Origin: Thermoproteota archaeon
GTDB lineage: Archaea; Thermoproteota; Thermoprotei; Gearchaeales; Gearchaeaceae
DNA length: 64,000 bases
Assembly: GCA_032249235.1 (NCBI GenBank)
Contig: JAVVGF010000003.1
Location: 150,691-214,690 of the forward strand
Direction of reading: 5' to 3'
Below are positions 20,125 through 30,274 of this stretch, piece after piece (the first letter of the stretch is position 1; every line of letters begins with the position of its first letter). The notes under the pieces were generated by a model. The model did no database searches. It was not told the DNA's origin and worked only from the letters and a program-made list of their open reading frames with translations. The translations under genes and the position numbers were made by a program.

Positions 20125-21762
20125 GTGGAAATTGAAGGAAATATCATCGATGTATTTGAAGAAAAGATATTTACTGGAAGGATAGAAGTTGAAAGAAATA
20201 GAATTAAAAAGATAACTAAGATAAATAAAGAATTAAAAGAATTCATAACCCCTGGCTTTGTAGATGCTCATATTCATATCGAAAGTAGCTTGCTTTGTCC
20301 TAGCAGATTTGCAGAAGTTGTAGTACCTCACGGAACTATAGCAACAGTATCTGATCCTCATGAAATTGCTAACGTACTAGGAATTGAAGGAATAAAATAT
20401 ATGATAGAAGATGCGAAAGAAGTACCTTTGAAGATTTTTTATACAGCACCTTCTTGTGTTCCAGCAACGGCATTTGAAACTAATGGTGCAGAATTAGATG
20501 CAATAGCTTTGGAAGAAATATTCAAACTAGAGAGAATAGTTGCGTTGGGCGAAGTGATGGATTTTGAAGCCGTCATAAATCGTGATAAATATATCATGGA
20601 TAAAATTCAGCTAGCAAAAAAATTAGGAAAGAAAATTGATGGTCATGCGCCTTTACTCAGAGGAGAAAATTTAGTAAAATATGTTTCTGCAGGAATTGAA
20701 ACAGATCATGAATCAGTATATTACGAGGAAGCTCTTGAAAAAGCGAAGTTAGGAATGAAAATAATGATAAGAGAAGGATCTACAGCTAAAAATATGAATG
20801 AGCTAATAAGATTAGCCAAAGAAGATTATGAATGTTTTTTTGTTGGCGATGACGTAATCGTGACTGATCTTATAAAAGGGCATTTAGATTTGCTTTTGAA
20901 GAAAGCTGTTGAACTAGGATTGGATGAAATAAAAGCTTTAAAATGTGTAACTAAGAATCCTGTTTTGCATTATAATCTTCCTGTGGGTTTATTAAGAGAA
21001 GGAGATATAGCTGACTTTTTGGTATTAAATGATTTAAAGAATTTTAAAGTAGAAAAAGTCTTCATTGAAGGCGAATTGGTTGCGAAGAGTGATGAATGCT
21101 TATTCAAGACAAAACCTAAGATAACAGGAAATACAATAAAAGCAGAATTGCTAAAAGAAGATAGGTTAAAAATAAATGCAAAAGGTAAAGAAGCTTTAGT
21201 CAATGTTATTGGTGTAATAGAAGATCAAATCATAACTAAACACCTAACAGAAAAGATGGAAATAAATAATGGAGAGATTAAGCCTGATGTGAGCAAGGAT
21301 ATTCTCAAAATAGTTGTCGTTGAAAGATATGGATATGGAAACATAAGCTTGGGATTTATAAAAGGCTTTGGGTTGAAAAATTGTGCTATTGCATCATCGA
21401 TTGCTCATGATTCACATAATATAATAGCTGTAGGAGATCGAGACGATTTAATATGTAAAGCAGTTAACATGCTAATTTTAAGAGGAGGTGGTTTATCATA
21501 TTCAAGCGACGAAGAAGTAGATGTATTAGAATTACCTATTGCCGGCCTTATGAGTGCTGAAGAACCAGCACGTGTTTCAATGAAGCTAGAAAAATTGCAT
21601 GAAAAGTTATACAAGAAAGGCAGCAAATTAAGAAATCCTTACATAACCTTATCTTTTATGAGTTTGCTTGTAATACCTGAGCTAAAAATAGGTGATAAAG
21701 GGCTTTTTGACGTTAATAACAAAAAATTTATTCCTCTAGTTAAAGAGGTCCGTAATAATTAA
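20125..21762 (+). CDS. ade: Adenine deaminase
   Basis: PGFVDAHIHIESS, DPHEIANV, PSCVPAT, DGHAP, TDHE, REGS, AHDSHN, LPIAGLMS. Confidence 0.95.
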   Translation: MEIEGNIIDVFEEKIFTGRIEVERNRIKKITKINKELKEFITPGFVDAHIHIESSLLCPSRFAEVVVPHGTIATVSDPHEIANVLGIEGIKYMIEDAKEVPLKIFYTAPSCVPATAFETNGAELDAIALEEIFKLERIVALGEVMDFEAVINRDKYIMDKIQLAKKLGKKIDGHAPLLRGENLVKYVSAGIETDHESVYYEEALEKAKLGMKIMIREGSTAKNMNELIRLAKEDYECFFVGDDVIVTDLIKGHLDLLLKKAVELGLDEIKALKCVTKNPVLHYNLPVGLLREGDIADFLVLNDLKNFKVEKVFIEGELVAKSDECLFKTKPKITGNTIKAELLKEDRLKINAKGKEALVNVIGVIEDQIITKHLTEKMEINNGEIKPDVSKDILKIVVVERYGYGNISLGFIKGFGLKNCAIASSIAHDSHNIIAVGDRDDLICKAVNMLILRGGGLSYSSDEEVDVLELPIAGLMSAEEPARVSMKLEKLHEKLYKKGSKLRNPYITLSFMSLLVIPELKIGDKGLFDVNNKKFIPLVKEVRNN

Positions 21763-21801
21763 AACTTTTTATTTTTAATTTTAAATTAAAATAATCTTAT
21801 T

Positions 21802-23091
21802 ATGAAATTGAAATATCTAATTCTTTATTCTATTTTAATTCGTGAAGCTTTTTCTTTTTGGACAGGGCATCCATATGATTTTGAAATGTTCGCTAGAGTA
21901 GGTGAGCAATTAGCTAGAGGAGAGCCTCTTTATGTTTTCATATATCCTTATGAAGACATAAGCTTTTGGCCTCATGGCTATGTAGGATATGCATATCCTC
22001 CCCTTTTCGCATATTACTGCATGATTTCATACCTAATTTATAAATTTATTGGTTTAAATTTGCCTTTTTTATACTATTTTTTATTAAAGCAACCTATGAT
22101 AATAGGAGATGTAGCATGCGGATATCTTATTTATAAAATAAATGTCAAATTTTTTAATAATAGTACAAAGCCTTTAGTCGCATGGCTTTTTAATCCTATA
22201 ACGATCATATTTTCAAGCATATGGGGTATTCCTCATGCATTGGCTATATCATTTGTTTTGTTATATTTACTAAAGTACGAATTAAAATATAGCTTTATAC
22301 TTATATTTTTAGCATTTTTAATTATAGGCTTACCTTTTATATATATAATTTCACTAACCATATTATTTTTGAATAATAAAAAGCATATCATGACTAGCCT
22401 TTTTATTTTTTTATTCATAGGAATTGTTTTTCCGCTCGTAACACTAATCCCATTTAAGCTTCAGGATCAAATAGGGAATATTTATTTAGCTGTCGTCGAT
22501 GTCCTTTTTAAAAAATCGCTAGGCCAATTTAACGCATATATGATTTTTAATTATTTGTATTACCTCAATCCATATATTTTTTCTGATTTATTAATACTAG
22601 CTTCAAACACTCTGCCTTATATTTGGTTACCAATACTGATAATTTCTTTAGCATTATTGCGCCACTCCATTAAAAAAATCAATTATATTTCAATAGCAAA
22701 TATTTTCCTACTCACGACATTGATTTTCCTAATATTTAGGGAAACAGTAAATGAGCAATATATACTGTATTTTATATCAATGTACTTAGCTTCTTATAAA
22801 TTTATAGAGAATGATTCATTGAAAAAATTATTCTTGATAATTCAAATTAATACCTTTATGTTTATGTTTATTAATAATCCATTCTTTTTACGATTTATCA
22901 CACCTTTAAATCAATTCTATTATATGTTTGATATAAGTTTAACTACTACTGAACCATTTAAGTTTGTTAGATTAACTATTATGACAATAGCTGGTACATT
23001 AAATACAATTTTATTAATATTTTACTTAAAAAAATTTATAAAATTAATTTATGGCGGTACTGGAGGTGCTGGAGACAAACCTCTTGAATAA
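21802..23091 (+). CDS. GT-C fold polytopic glycosyltransferase-like protein
   Basis: TGHPYD, YAYPPL, LLKQPMIIGD, WLFNP....SSIWG, VNEQY; very hydrophobic. Confidence 0.7.
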   Translation: MKLKYLILYSILIREAFSFWTGHPYDFEMFARVGEQLARGEPLYVFIYPYEDISFWPHGYVGYAYPPLFAYYCMISYLIYKFIGLNLPFLYYFLLKQPMIIGDVACGYLIYKINVKFFNNSTKPLVAWLFNPITIIFSSIWGIPHALAISFVLLYLLKYELKYSFILIFLAFLIIGLPFIYIISLTILFLNNKKHIMTSLFIFLFIGIVFPLVTLIPFKLQDQIGNIYLAVVDVLFKKSLGQFNAYMIFNYLYYLNPYIFSDLLILASNTLPYIWLPILIISLALLRHSIKKINYISIANIFLLTTLIFLIFRETVNEQYILYFISMYLASYKFIENDSLKKLFLIIQINTFMFMFINNPFFLRFITPLNQFYYMFDISLTTTEPFKFVRLTIMTIAGTLNTILLIFYLKKFIKLIYGGTGGAGDKPLE

Positions 23092-24668
23092 ATTTGCATA
23101 AAAGGTAATATATATGCGATTACTATTATTGCAACAGCTAGAATAACCCAAATTGATATTTTATCTAGAATTGTTGGATCGTTTGAATTGTGCTCAAAAA
23201 GCGAACCTGCATCCATCGCCATTCTAGGACCCTTTATGATGGAAAGACCAGCATTGAAAATAAATATGACACCTGATAACCATAGTATTATTCCTCCTAT
23301 TGCAGCTGTTATTGCTAATGTTATCCAAATTTGAGGAGCTGCTCCACCATAGAGAATATCAGCAGTCCTTCTAGGCATGCCATATAAACCAGCGATGTGA
23401 AAAGCCAAGGAAAATATAGACATACCTATAAACCATAGATAAGGATGAACAAAAGCTAATCTTCTAAACATGACTGCTTTATTGAATAATGCAGGAATTA
23501 TTACATAGCTCGATACCATAAAAGTCAGTGTAACAGCTGTAGCTACAGTTAGATGGAAATGACCAACAATCCAAGTTGTGTTATGAACTAAGGCATTAAG
23601 CGTATAGCTTGCATTAATAATTCCTCCTATACCGCCAAATGCAAAAAGTATCATCGAAAATGCTATACCTGCGAAAACACTATCTTTCCATGGAAGATGC
23701 TTAATCCAAGAAAATAGACCTTTTCCTCCTTTTTCTCTATAACTCTTCTCCATTGTAGCTAGCAATGTAAATGCAGTTAAGAAGCTTGGTATTGTTACCA
23801 AATAAGTTAAAGCGGATTGCATGAATTTATATTGATTTGCAATCCCAGGATCTACGAGTTGATGATGAACACCTACTGGCGTCGAGAAAAGTATGAATAA
23901 AATAAATGAGATTTTTGGAAGTCTTTCACTGTATAACTTTGTATTCAATAATTTAGGTATTAGGAAATACCACAAAGTAATAGCAGGCAATAACCAGAAA
24001 TAAACTAAAGGATGACCGAAATACCAGAAATATGTCCTAGCTTCTAAAACATCTACAGGCATATTAGAAAGCGACATAGGTAAAAGATCCTTTATGATTT
24101 CTATCGCTAATCCAGGAGTAGCTTCAAGCCAAATGATTAATGTAGTTAAAACGCCGAAAGTTGCAATAGGTATTGATCCTTTATTCTTCATCCTCCATTT
24201 GATGAAAGCTAAGAAAATCGTTGCCGCGAAAACCCAAGTACCTAGTATTAATATCGTTGCACCCAAGTAAAATAAAGGATCAGCTTTCAAAGGAGGATAA
24301 AATGTATATAGCACACTAGATGTGCCACTTAATATCGCTAATGTGGTCATTAAAACTCCTATTACAGCTAGTCCTAATGCTAAATTCAATAAAATCTTGT
24401 TTAAATTAACATTAAGTTCTCTTGATATTACGAAAGTAGCTATTGCCATTATGAAGAATGCTGTCCAAACTATAGCTAGACTAACACCATGAGCTGTTAA
24501 GCTAAGATAATATAAAGAAGGACTTAGTTGAATTGGAGAATATGGCGTTCGTGTTAGTAATTGAAGTAGACCGAACATTCCTCCTATCGCTAGCATGAGG
24601 AAGCCAAAAATTATCGATATCTTAGAAAATCTATCTTCTTGCTTAAAGCTTATCTCCATGTTTCTCAC
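23049..24668 (-). CDS. cbaA: ba3-type (B-family) heme-copper oxidase subunit I
   Basis: LTAHG, FWYFGHPLVYFW, GVHHQ, HNTTWIVGHFH, GMPRR. Confidence 0.93.
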   Translation of the reverse strand: MRNMEISFKQEDRFSKISIIFGFLMLAIGGMFGLLQLLTRTPYSPIQLSPSLYYLSLTAHGVSLAIVWTAFFIMAIATFVISRELNVNLNKILLNLALGLAVIGVLMTTLAILSGTSSVLYTFYPPLKADPLFYLGATILILGTWVFAATIFLAFIKWRMKNKGSIPIATFGVLTTLIIWLEATPGLAIEIIKDLLPMSLSNMPVDVLEARTYFWYFGHPLVYFWLLPAITLWYFLIPKLLNTKLYSERLPKISFILFILFSTPVGVHHQLVDPGIANQYKFMQSALTYLVTIPSFLTAFTLLATMEKSYREKGGKGLFSWIKHLPWKDSVFAGIAFSMILFAFGGIGGIINASYTLNALVHNTTWIVGHFHLTVATAVTLTFMVSSYVIIPALFNKAVMFRRLAFVHPYLWFIGMSIFSLAFHIAGLYGMPRRTADILYGGAAPQIWITLAITAAIGGIILWLSGVIFIFNAGLSIIKGPRMAMDAGSLFEHNSNDPTILDKISIWVILAVAIIVIAYILPFMQIYSRGLSPAPPVPP

Positions 24669-25114
24669 CTCTCAATTATTAAATGAGCATACATTGTCTG
24701 ATGACCATCACCGCAATATTCGTTGCATATAATCAAGAAATCACCTTTAAGATCTTGAGGCACATTCCATGTGAAAGTAGCTGTATAGTATGGTAGTATC
24801 ATTACGTTAACGTTGGTACCTACGATTTCGAAACCATGCAATACATCTCTACTCAATACTTCAAATATCACTTGCTTTGGATTTTTCAAAATGATTTTTG
24901 ATGGATCAAAATAGAAACGTTCTGCGACGATTCTAACTTTGTATATTCCAGGTTGGATTTCTTCAATACCTGGCTTAAAAGCTTGTACTGCAGGATAGAC
25001 TGAGCAAACTGAAGGAGGTTGATAACCAAAATTGGTAGCGTATACTAAAGCCGAAAGGAAGGCTGCAAGTATTGCAATCACCACAATAACAAATGCTAAT
25101 TCAAATGTGTCCAT
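24665..25114 (-). CDS. cbaB: ba3-type oxidase subunit II (CuA)
   Basis: One TM, then DVLHGF and CNEYCGDGHQTM. Confidence 0.93.
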   Translation of the reverse strand: MDTFELAFVIVVIAILAAFLSALVYATNFGYQPPSVCSVYPAVQAFKPGIEEIQPGIYKVRIVAERFYFDPSKIILKNPKQVIFEVLSRDVLHGFEIVGTNVNVMILPYYTATFTWNVPQDLKGDFLIICNEYCGDGHQTMYAHLIIER

Positions 25115-25272
25115 TAGCTAATTCCACCTCTTGCAATCATTAAAAAGTAAACAGCAAGCCATGTTGCGATTAATATTGATGCATATATTAATAGAATAGT
25201 AATAGTTCCTATTGGTTTAAATTCTGTGCTTTTATCGTTCTTCTTACTAAATTGTTTTACAAAACGCATCAT
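25114..25272 (-). CDS. cbaD: ba3-type oxidase subunit IIa (not in the ORF track)
   Basis: 52 aa MMRF...EFKPIGTITILLIYASILIATWLAVYFLMIARGGIS; KPxG...WLxVY...ARG pattern; TAATG overlap with the cbaB start. Confidence 0.85.
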   Translation of the reverse strand: MMRFVKQFSKKNDKSTEFKPIGTITILLIYASILIATWLAVYFLMIARGGIS

Positions 25273-25379
25273 AAAGAATTTTAAAAATTCTAATTTATAA
25301 GTTTAGCTATTCATTTGTATAATTCTATATGAAATTTTATGCAAGTTATTACAATTAATTAGTGAAAATTAAAATTGAT

Positions 25380-25859
25380 CTATTCTTCAAGATTTCTCCA
25401 TTTTCTCCAACTTCCAAACTTAAAATCATATTCAGGACATCCTCTTCTGTAATAGAATTTGTTTTCAATCTCATCTGTATTCACTACAAATTTATAAAAT
25501 ATTTTTTCTAAAAACTCAGCATCTCTAATTAAGTCTTTTGCTTCCTCTTTAAATCTTTTAATGAATAAATCCATATCTTTCTTTTTTTCAAAATATAAAA
25601 TTATAATCCCTTTTGTAAAAGGTTTAAATAAGCCTTGAAATTTCATATACTTATATGTAGAATTAGGAATTTCTTTAATTATTTTTTTAATTAAAGTAAG
25701 AACGGCATTTAAATCTTTAATAACTGAGTAAGGAATTCCTAATTTCCAGCATCTCAAAGAATTCGGATGCTGAATTCCTTGCATATAATGATACCAGCAT
25801 ATCTCACACTTTTTATACCATCCACCTTCTTCTTCCCATTTAGGTAAAATTGCTTCCAA
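25380..25859 (-). CDS. Hypothetical Cys-containing protein
   Basis: CEIC, CWKLG, YRRGCPEYD; TTG start uncertain. Confidence 0.55.
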   Translation of the reverse strand: MEAILPKWEEEGGWYKKCEICWYHYMQGIQHPNSLRCWKLGIPYSVIKDLNAVLTLIKKIIKEIPNSTYKYMKFQGLFKPFTKGIIILYFEKKKDMDLFIKRFKEEAKDLIRDAEFLEKIFYKFVVNTDEIENKFYYRRGCPEYDFKFGSWRKWRNLEE

Positions 25860-25972
25860 TGTGAAAATTTAACTTACAATGCATAAAAGTATTTGATTAA
25901 AGGATCAGCTTCTTCAAATTATAAATTTTTATGTCATAACCTTTGTGTTATATATTAAAGTATTGAAGAAAA

Positions 25973-27298
25973 TTAAATGCCTGGTACTTTTATTTTCTTC
26001 TTAAATCCTGCTGTTAGTACAGCTGTATAAACGATCCAGATTAAAAGCCAAGAGAATCCTAAAATCTTTGCATCATTGCTCAAACCATACCATATAAATC
26101 CTAAGATTATCACACCTATTATGGATGGAATTACTTGAATGATTGTCTTCTTTTTTAAACCGAAGTAGTATAAAACTGCAAAATGCAATAGTATGAAAGC
26201 AGATAATGCTCCAAAATTCACTAAGCTAACTAACAAATCTAAAGAAATTGAAATCGCTATAATTGTACTTACCAAGCCACTTATTATCGTTGCAACCCAA
26301 GGCGTTCCAAACTTTGGATGGACCTTTGCAACAAGCTTAGGTAGAAATCCATCTCTGCCCATTGCATAAATTACTCTTGCAATAGCTGTCGTAGCTACGA
26401 GACCATCTCCTATACCCCATGCTATTGCAGTAGCTATCGTAGTTATAGAAAGTAATAAAGCTCCACCTACAGTAGCAGCAACCTCATAGAAACCAGTGTT
26501 AGGGTCTTGAAAATTATAGGTAGGATATGAAATATAAGCTAAATATGTTTGACTAACAAAAAATAGTCCTATTAGAAATACTGATAATACAACAGCTCTT
26601 CCAATGTAGCCTGCTTTGCCCCTATGCTCCTCAGCAAGAGTTGTTGCTGCATCGAAACCTAAGTAACTTAGTACAGCAATAGATGCAGCTGTTAATATTG
26701 ATGTGATTGAAAAGCCTGAAGGATTATAAAAAGGTGCAAGTGTAAAGCTTAAGCCTTTGTTTAAGATATAGTTTAAAGAATAACCTATGAATAAGAATAA
26801 TGCTACAAGCTCTATTACTAGCAAAACTCGATTTGTTCTTGCAGTAGGTTTTATTCCAAGTAGAGCAATTGTAGTCATAGGAATAAGAAAAACCAAGACC
26901 CATACCCAATAAGGAATTGATGGTATAAGACTGTTCATAGCCAAAGCTGATACAACGTATACCAATCCAGGTACAAGGAAGTAATCTAAAAGAATAAGGA
27001 TACCTGCAACGAAGCCAAATATTGGATTTACCGCTCTCTGGGCATAATTATAAACTGAACCAGCTAAAGGAAATTCTCTTACCATTAGGAAATATGCATA
27101 AGCTGTGGGCATCATTCCTAACATACCTAGAAGATAAGCTAATGAAGGCATACCCTCACTTACTGAGGCTACGATACCATAAATCCCCCACGGAGCAATA
27201 GGTACCATGAAAACCAAGCTATATATCAAGACATCTATCCAATTTATTTCTCTCCTAAGCTCTTGCTTATATCCAAACTTGGATAATTCTTCTGTCAT
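25973..27298 (-). CDS. APC-family amino acid/amine permease (PuuP-like)
   Basis: GYKQELRR, MVPIAPWGIYG, AGSVYNY, SYLGFDAATTLAEE. Confidence 0.9.
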   Translation of the reverse strand: MTEELSKFGYKQELRREINWIDVLIYSLVFMVPIAPWGIYGIVASVSEGMPSLAYLLGMLGMMPTAYAYFLMVREFPLAGSVYNYAQRAVNPIFGFVAGILILLDYFLVPGLVYVVSALAMNSLIPSIPYWVWVLVFLIPMTTIALLGIKPTARTNRVLLVIELVALFLFIGYSLNYILNKGLSFTLAPFYNPSGFSITSILTAASIAVLSYLGFDAATTLAEEHRGKAGYIGRAVVLSVFLIGLFFVSQTYLAYISYPTYNFQDPNTGFYEVAATVGGALLLSITTIATAIAWGIGDGLVATTAIARVIYAMGRDGFLPKLVAKVHPKFGTPWVATIISGLVSTIIAISISLDLLVSLVNFGALSAFILLHFAVLYYFGLKKKTIIQVIPSIIGVIILGFIWYGLSNDAKILGFSWLLIWIVYTAVLTAGFKKKIKVPGI

Positions 27299-27302
27299 AG
27301 CA

Positions 27303-28283
27303 TCACCTCGAAGGATAATTTCTTAATTTAATTCTCACTTCTTCATTTTTTATTACATCAATTGGGAAGAAAGCTGTAATTATCCAGTTTGGAACATCTA
27401 CTACTTCACTAACTTTTAAATCCATTGCAACGCTTGCAAGCATATAAGCTTCTACTGGGGACATATATTCAGAAAGTATGTTTATTATTCCTTTTGTAGC
27501 TTGCTTGACCGCAGTCCAAAGGTCTGGCGCAATAGCAGGAAAAGCTATGTATTCTTTGAATGTTAGCTCCCTCATATTGTTACATTTCAAAATTGGTTGA
27601 GTAAGACCTATATTCTTATGTAACTTCACTATTAATTTTAAAGTCGTAGGAGCTTCAATTGCTGTACCACACACTTCGCCATCTCCTTGTGCCAAATGAG
27701 TATCTCCTAGAGATAAAAGAGCACCCGGAACAAATACTGGTAAATATAATCTTGAACCAACAGTTAATTGCTTTATATCCATATTCCCTCCATTTTCTCG
27801 TGGAGGAACCGTGCTCCACTTTCCTTTGTAAGGAAGAGCTGTTCCAATAACTCCAGTAAACGGTTTATTCGGTATTTCTATTTCTAAATCGCCAAATTTT
27901 GCATAAGAAACGTTGTTGTAAACTTTCCAAATTTTCAATGCTGGGCCGCTTAATTCAATTGGCGCAGTATAACTTTCTTGTGCTAATAATCCGAAGCCGG
28001 GAATGACAGCAGTCCAGCCCCATCCTTTATCCTTAAATTCAAGAAATTCGATCTCTAATGCATCGCCTGGTTCAGCACCTTCTATTGCTATGGGTCCAGT
28101 TAATGGATGAATTCTAGAAAAATCTAATTTCGTTACATCTTCAGCGCTAGAGGTAACATTTATTTGATTGTCAGATGCTTCTTTTGTTTCTAGTTCTATT
28201 TCATCTCCACTTCTAACGTTCAATATTGGTTTTAGCGAATTATCCCATTTATTATGGGTTATTGCATGGATTGTATGGAGCAT
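27303..28283 (-). CDS. Acetamidase/formamidase family protein
   Basis: HPLTGPI, PPRENGGNMD, GDTHLAQGDGEVCGTAIE. Confidence 0.92.
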   Translation of the reverse strand: MLHTIHAITHNKWDNSLKPILNVRSGDEIELETKEASDNQINVTSSAEDVTKLDFSRIHPLTGPIAIEGAEPGDALEIEFLEFKDKGWGWTAVIPGFGLLAQESYTAPIELSGPALKIWKVYNNVSYAKFGDLEIEIPNKPFTGVIGTALPYKGKWSTVPPRENGGNMDIKQLTVGSRLYLPVFVPGALLSLGDTHLAQGDGEVCGTAIEAPTTLKLIVKLHKNIGLTQPILKCNNMRELTFKEYIAFPAIAPDLWTAVKQATKGIINILSEYMSPVEAYMLASVAMDLKVSEVVDVPNWIITAFFPIDVIKNEEVRIKLRNYPSR

Positions 28284-28663
28284 GTTAAAAATATCAGATT
28301 ACATAAATTAAATTTTTTGCTAATGTGTTGAGAAATTAGAATTAAAAAAATTAAAATTTTAATGAGATAAAAATTTTTATCTAATATTCGTATATATTAA
28401 TTAAAAAGCTATTAGTTGAATGTATCTTTGTAATAGAGAAGCCAAAAACTTTCTGGATAAAATATTTCTTGCGAGCCATTATGTTTACCAAATATGTAGC
28501 ATCTAAGCTTTTTTCATTGTATTAGCATAGTTAGAATCTATACCAGTAACTATTGCTCCACCATATTGATTTATATAAAAAAATGAGAGAGTTCAAACAG
28601 CTGTTACATTTTCATAATATTCAAGTATATAAAGATTGTTCGAAAAATAAAGTAAGGCGAATT

Positions 28664-29500
28664 TTATAACCTTTCTTTATAAATTGAGGCAACATCGATA
28701 ATTTTTGAAAATTTTATTTCATGTTTCCCTTCAAATGATTTTATATGCTTAATCAATTTATCTAAAAGTTCCATTGTATGGCCTCTTCCTATAACTTCTG
28801 GATGAAAAGTATACGTTATAACTCCTTCTTTTTGATGCTTAATCATATAATCAAAATTCAAGCTCCAATTATCGAAAACATCGTTAACTGAATATAAACC
28901 TTGAAGTATAAAATTTGGATATCTGACAAATTCAAAATGAGGGTAATCATCAAGACTCCAATGTACAGGAATTTCTATTAACTTAGATAAAGGTCCTTTT
29001 TTAACCGAACCATTCTCTTCGACTTTTAAATACAAAGGAGGCCTATAAGGCTCGAAATCTTTAGCCATAAGGCTCGAATCATAGATGAAGTCAAACTCTT
29101 CAAGTATAGATAATGTATGTTCAGTTAAAGCCCAAGAAGGAGATCTATATCCATGAGGTTTTAAATTTAAAAACTTCTTCATAACTTCGATTCCTTTTAC
29201 GATGATTTCTTTTTCTTTTTCCTTGTCATTCAAAGATTCAGGTGGTTCATGTAAGTATCCATGATGAGCAATTTCATGCTTTTCATCCTTAATCATACCA
29301 ACTTCTTCTTGGAAGTGCTCAATTGTATGTCCAGGAATGAAAAATGTGGCTTCTATATTATATTGTTTAAGCAACTTCAATATTCTTCTAACTCCTACAG
29401 CTGCGAATTCTCCTCTTGATAAGTTTGTATAATTTGTCATTTTTCTATAAATCCACGGAGAATAAGCATCGAAATCAAAAGTCAAGCAAACATAGTACAT
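28664..29500 (-). CDS. Polysaccharide deacetylase family (PuuE/PgdA-like) hydrolase
   Basis: LTFDFDA, SRGEF, ATFFIPG, HEIAHHGYLHE, GYRSP, YDSSLM, FHPEVIGR. Confidence 0.9.
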   Translation of the reverse strand: MYYVCLTFDFDAYSPWIYRKMTNYTNLSRGEFAAVGVRRILKLLKQYNIEATFFIPGHTIEHFQEEVGMIKDEKHEIAHHGYLHEPPESLNDKEKEKEIIVKGIEVMKKFLNLKPHGYRSPSWALTEHTLSILEEFDFIYDSSLMAKDFEPYRPPLYLKVEENGSVKKGPLSKLIEIPVHWSLDDYPHFEFVRYPNFILQGLYSVNDVFDNWSLNFDYMIKHQKEGVITYTFHPEVIGRGHTMELLDKLIKHIKSFEGKHEIKFSKIIDVASIYKERL

Positions 29501-29530
29501 AATTAAAATTTCTAAATTTAACTTATATTT

Positions 29531-30274
29531 TCAAACTTTGCTAATAATCCCAGCTTTATTATTTAGAACACCAATAACGACAGGAACTATTTCAACGCTA
29601 TTAATTTTAGAAGCTAATACTATATCATCAAAATAACCACTATTTATGACTTCTTTTCCTGTTCTACTCTTTGAGAAAGCTGAAACAACATCAATTTTAA
29701 CTGAATTATAAAGATGCAAAGCAATTAGTTCTTCATCTTCCAATTGAAGTTCTGAAGCATGTTGAATTAACTCATGAATGATCAAGCCTGCACAAAAATA
29801 ATCTTCCAAAGCTAACTTTTCTAATTTATATCCTGCACAAACCATGTTTATCTTCTTGAAATTATTTATGAAAAGAAAGTTCGCAATGCTTTTAGCGTTC
29901 AAAGTTGATGCAATTAGCATGTTCTTAAAATTCTTTTGAGAGAACCTTTTTACAATAATTGAGCCTGCATTGCTTCTTATTGCAATTGAATCAATACCTT
30001 TTTCAAGGAAGGATCTATAATGCTTAATAATTTCATTAGGAGAATTATCGAAATCTGCTTCTTTTGGCTTAGAATAGCCTACTTTAGCAAACAAGGGTAT
30101 GCCATTATTTCTTGAAAAATTAAGAGCTTCATTGAAATCTTCGAAAGCATAAACATATTTAAATCCTAGATTTAATGCGGTAACTACTAATGTTGAAAAT
30201 CTTAATACATCAATTAAAATTAAAGCATCATATTCCTGATCTTGTTCCCGAAACCATGTTATTGAGATTTTCAT
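29531..30274 (-). CDS. ComB (2-phosphosulfolactate phosphatase)-family protein, divergent
   Basis: IDVLRFST, DNSP, VCAG..LEDYFCAG. Confidence 0.8.
   Translation of the reverse strand: MKISITWFREQDQEYDALILIDVLRFSTLVVTALNLGFKYVYAFEDFNEALNFSRNNGIPLFAKVGYSKPKEADFDNSPNEIIKHYRSFLEKGIDSIAIRSNAGSIIVKRFSQKNFKNMLIASTLNAKSIANFLFINNFKKINMVCAGYKLEKLALEDYFCAGLIIHELIQHASELQLEDEELIALHLYNSVKIDVVSAFSKSRTGKEVINSGYFDDIVLASKINSVEIVPVVIGVLNNKAGIISKV

Noticed and set aside
23049-23091. Convergent 3' overlaps (also 16423-16480) as antisense regulation
   Set aside because: Short convergent overlaps are common in compact archaeal genomes
28400-28625. Possible remnant of a secreted (thermopsin-like) gene on the minus strand
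   Set aside because: Only short broken fragments (YINQYGGAIVTGIDSNY); too little to assign
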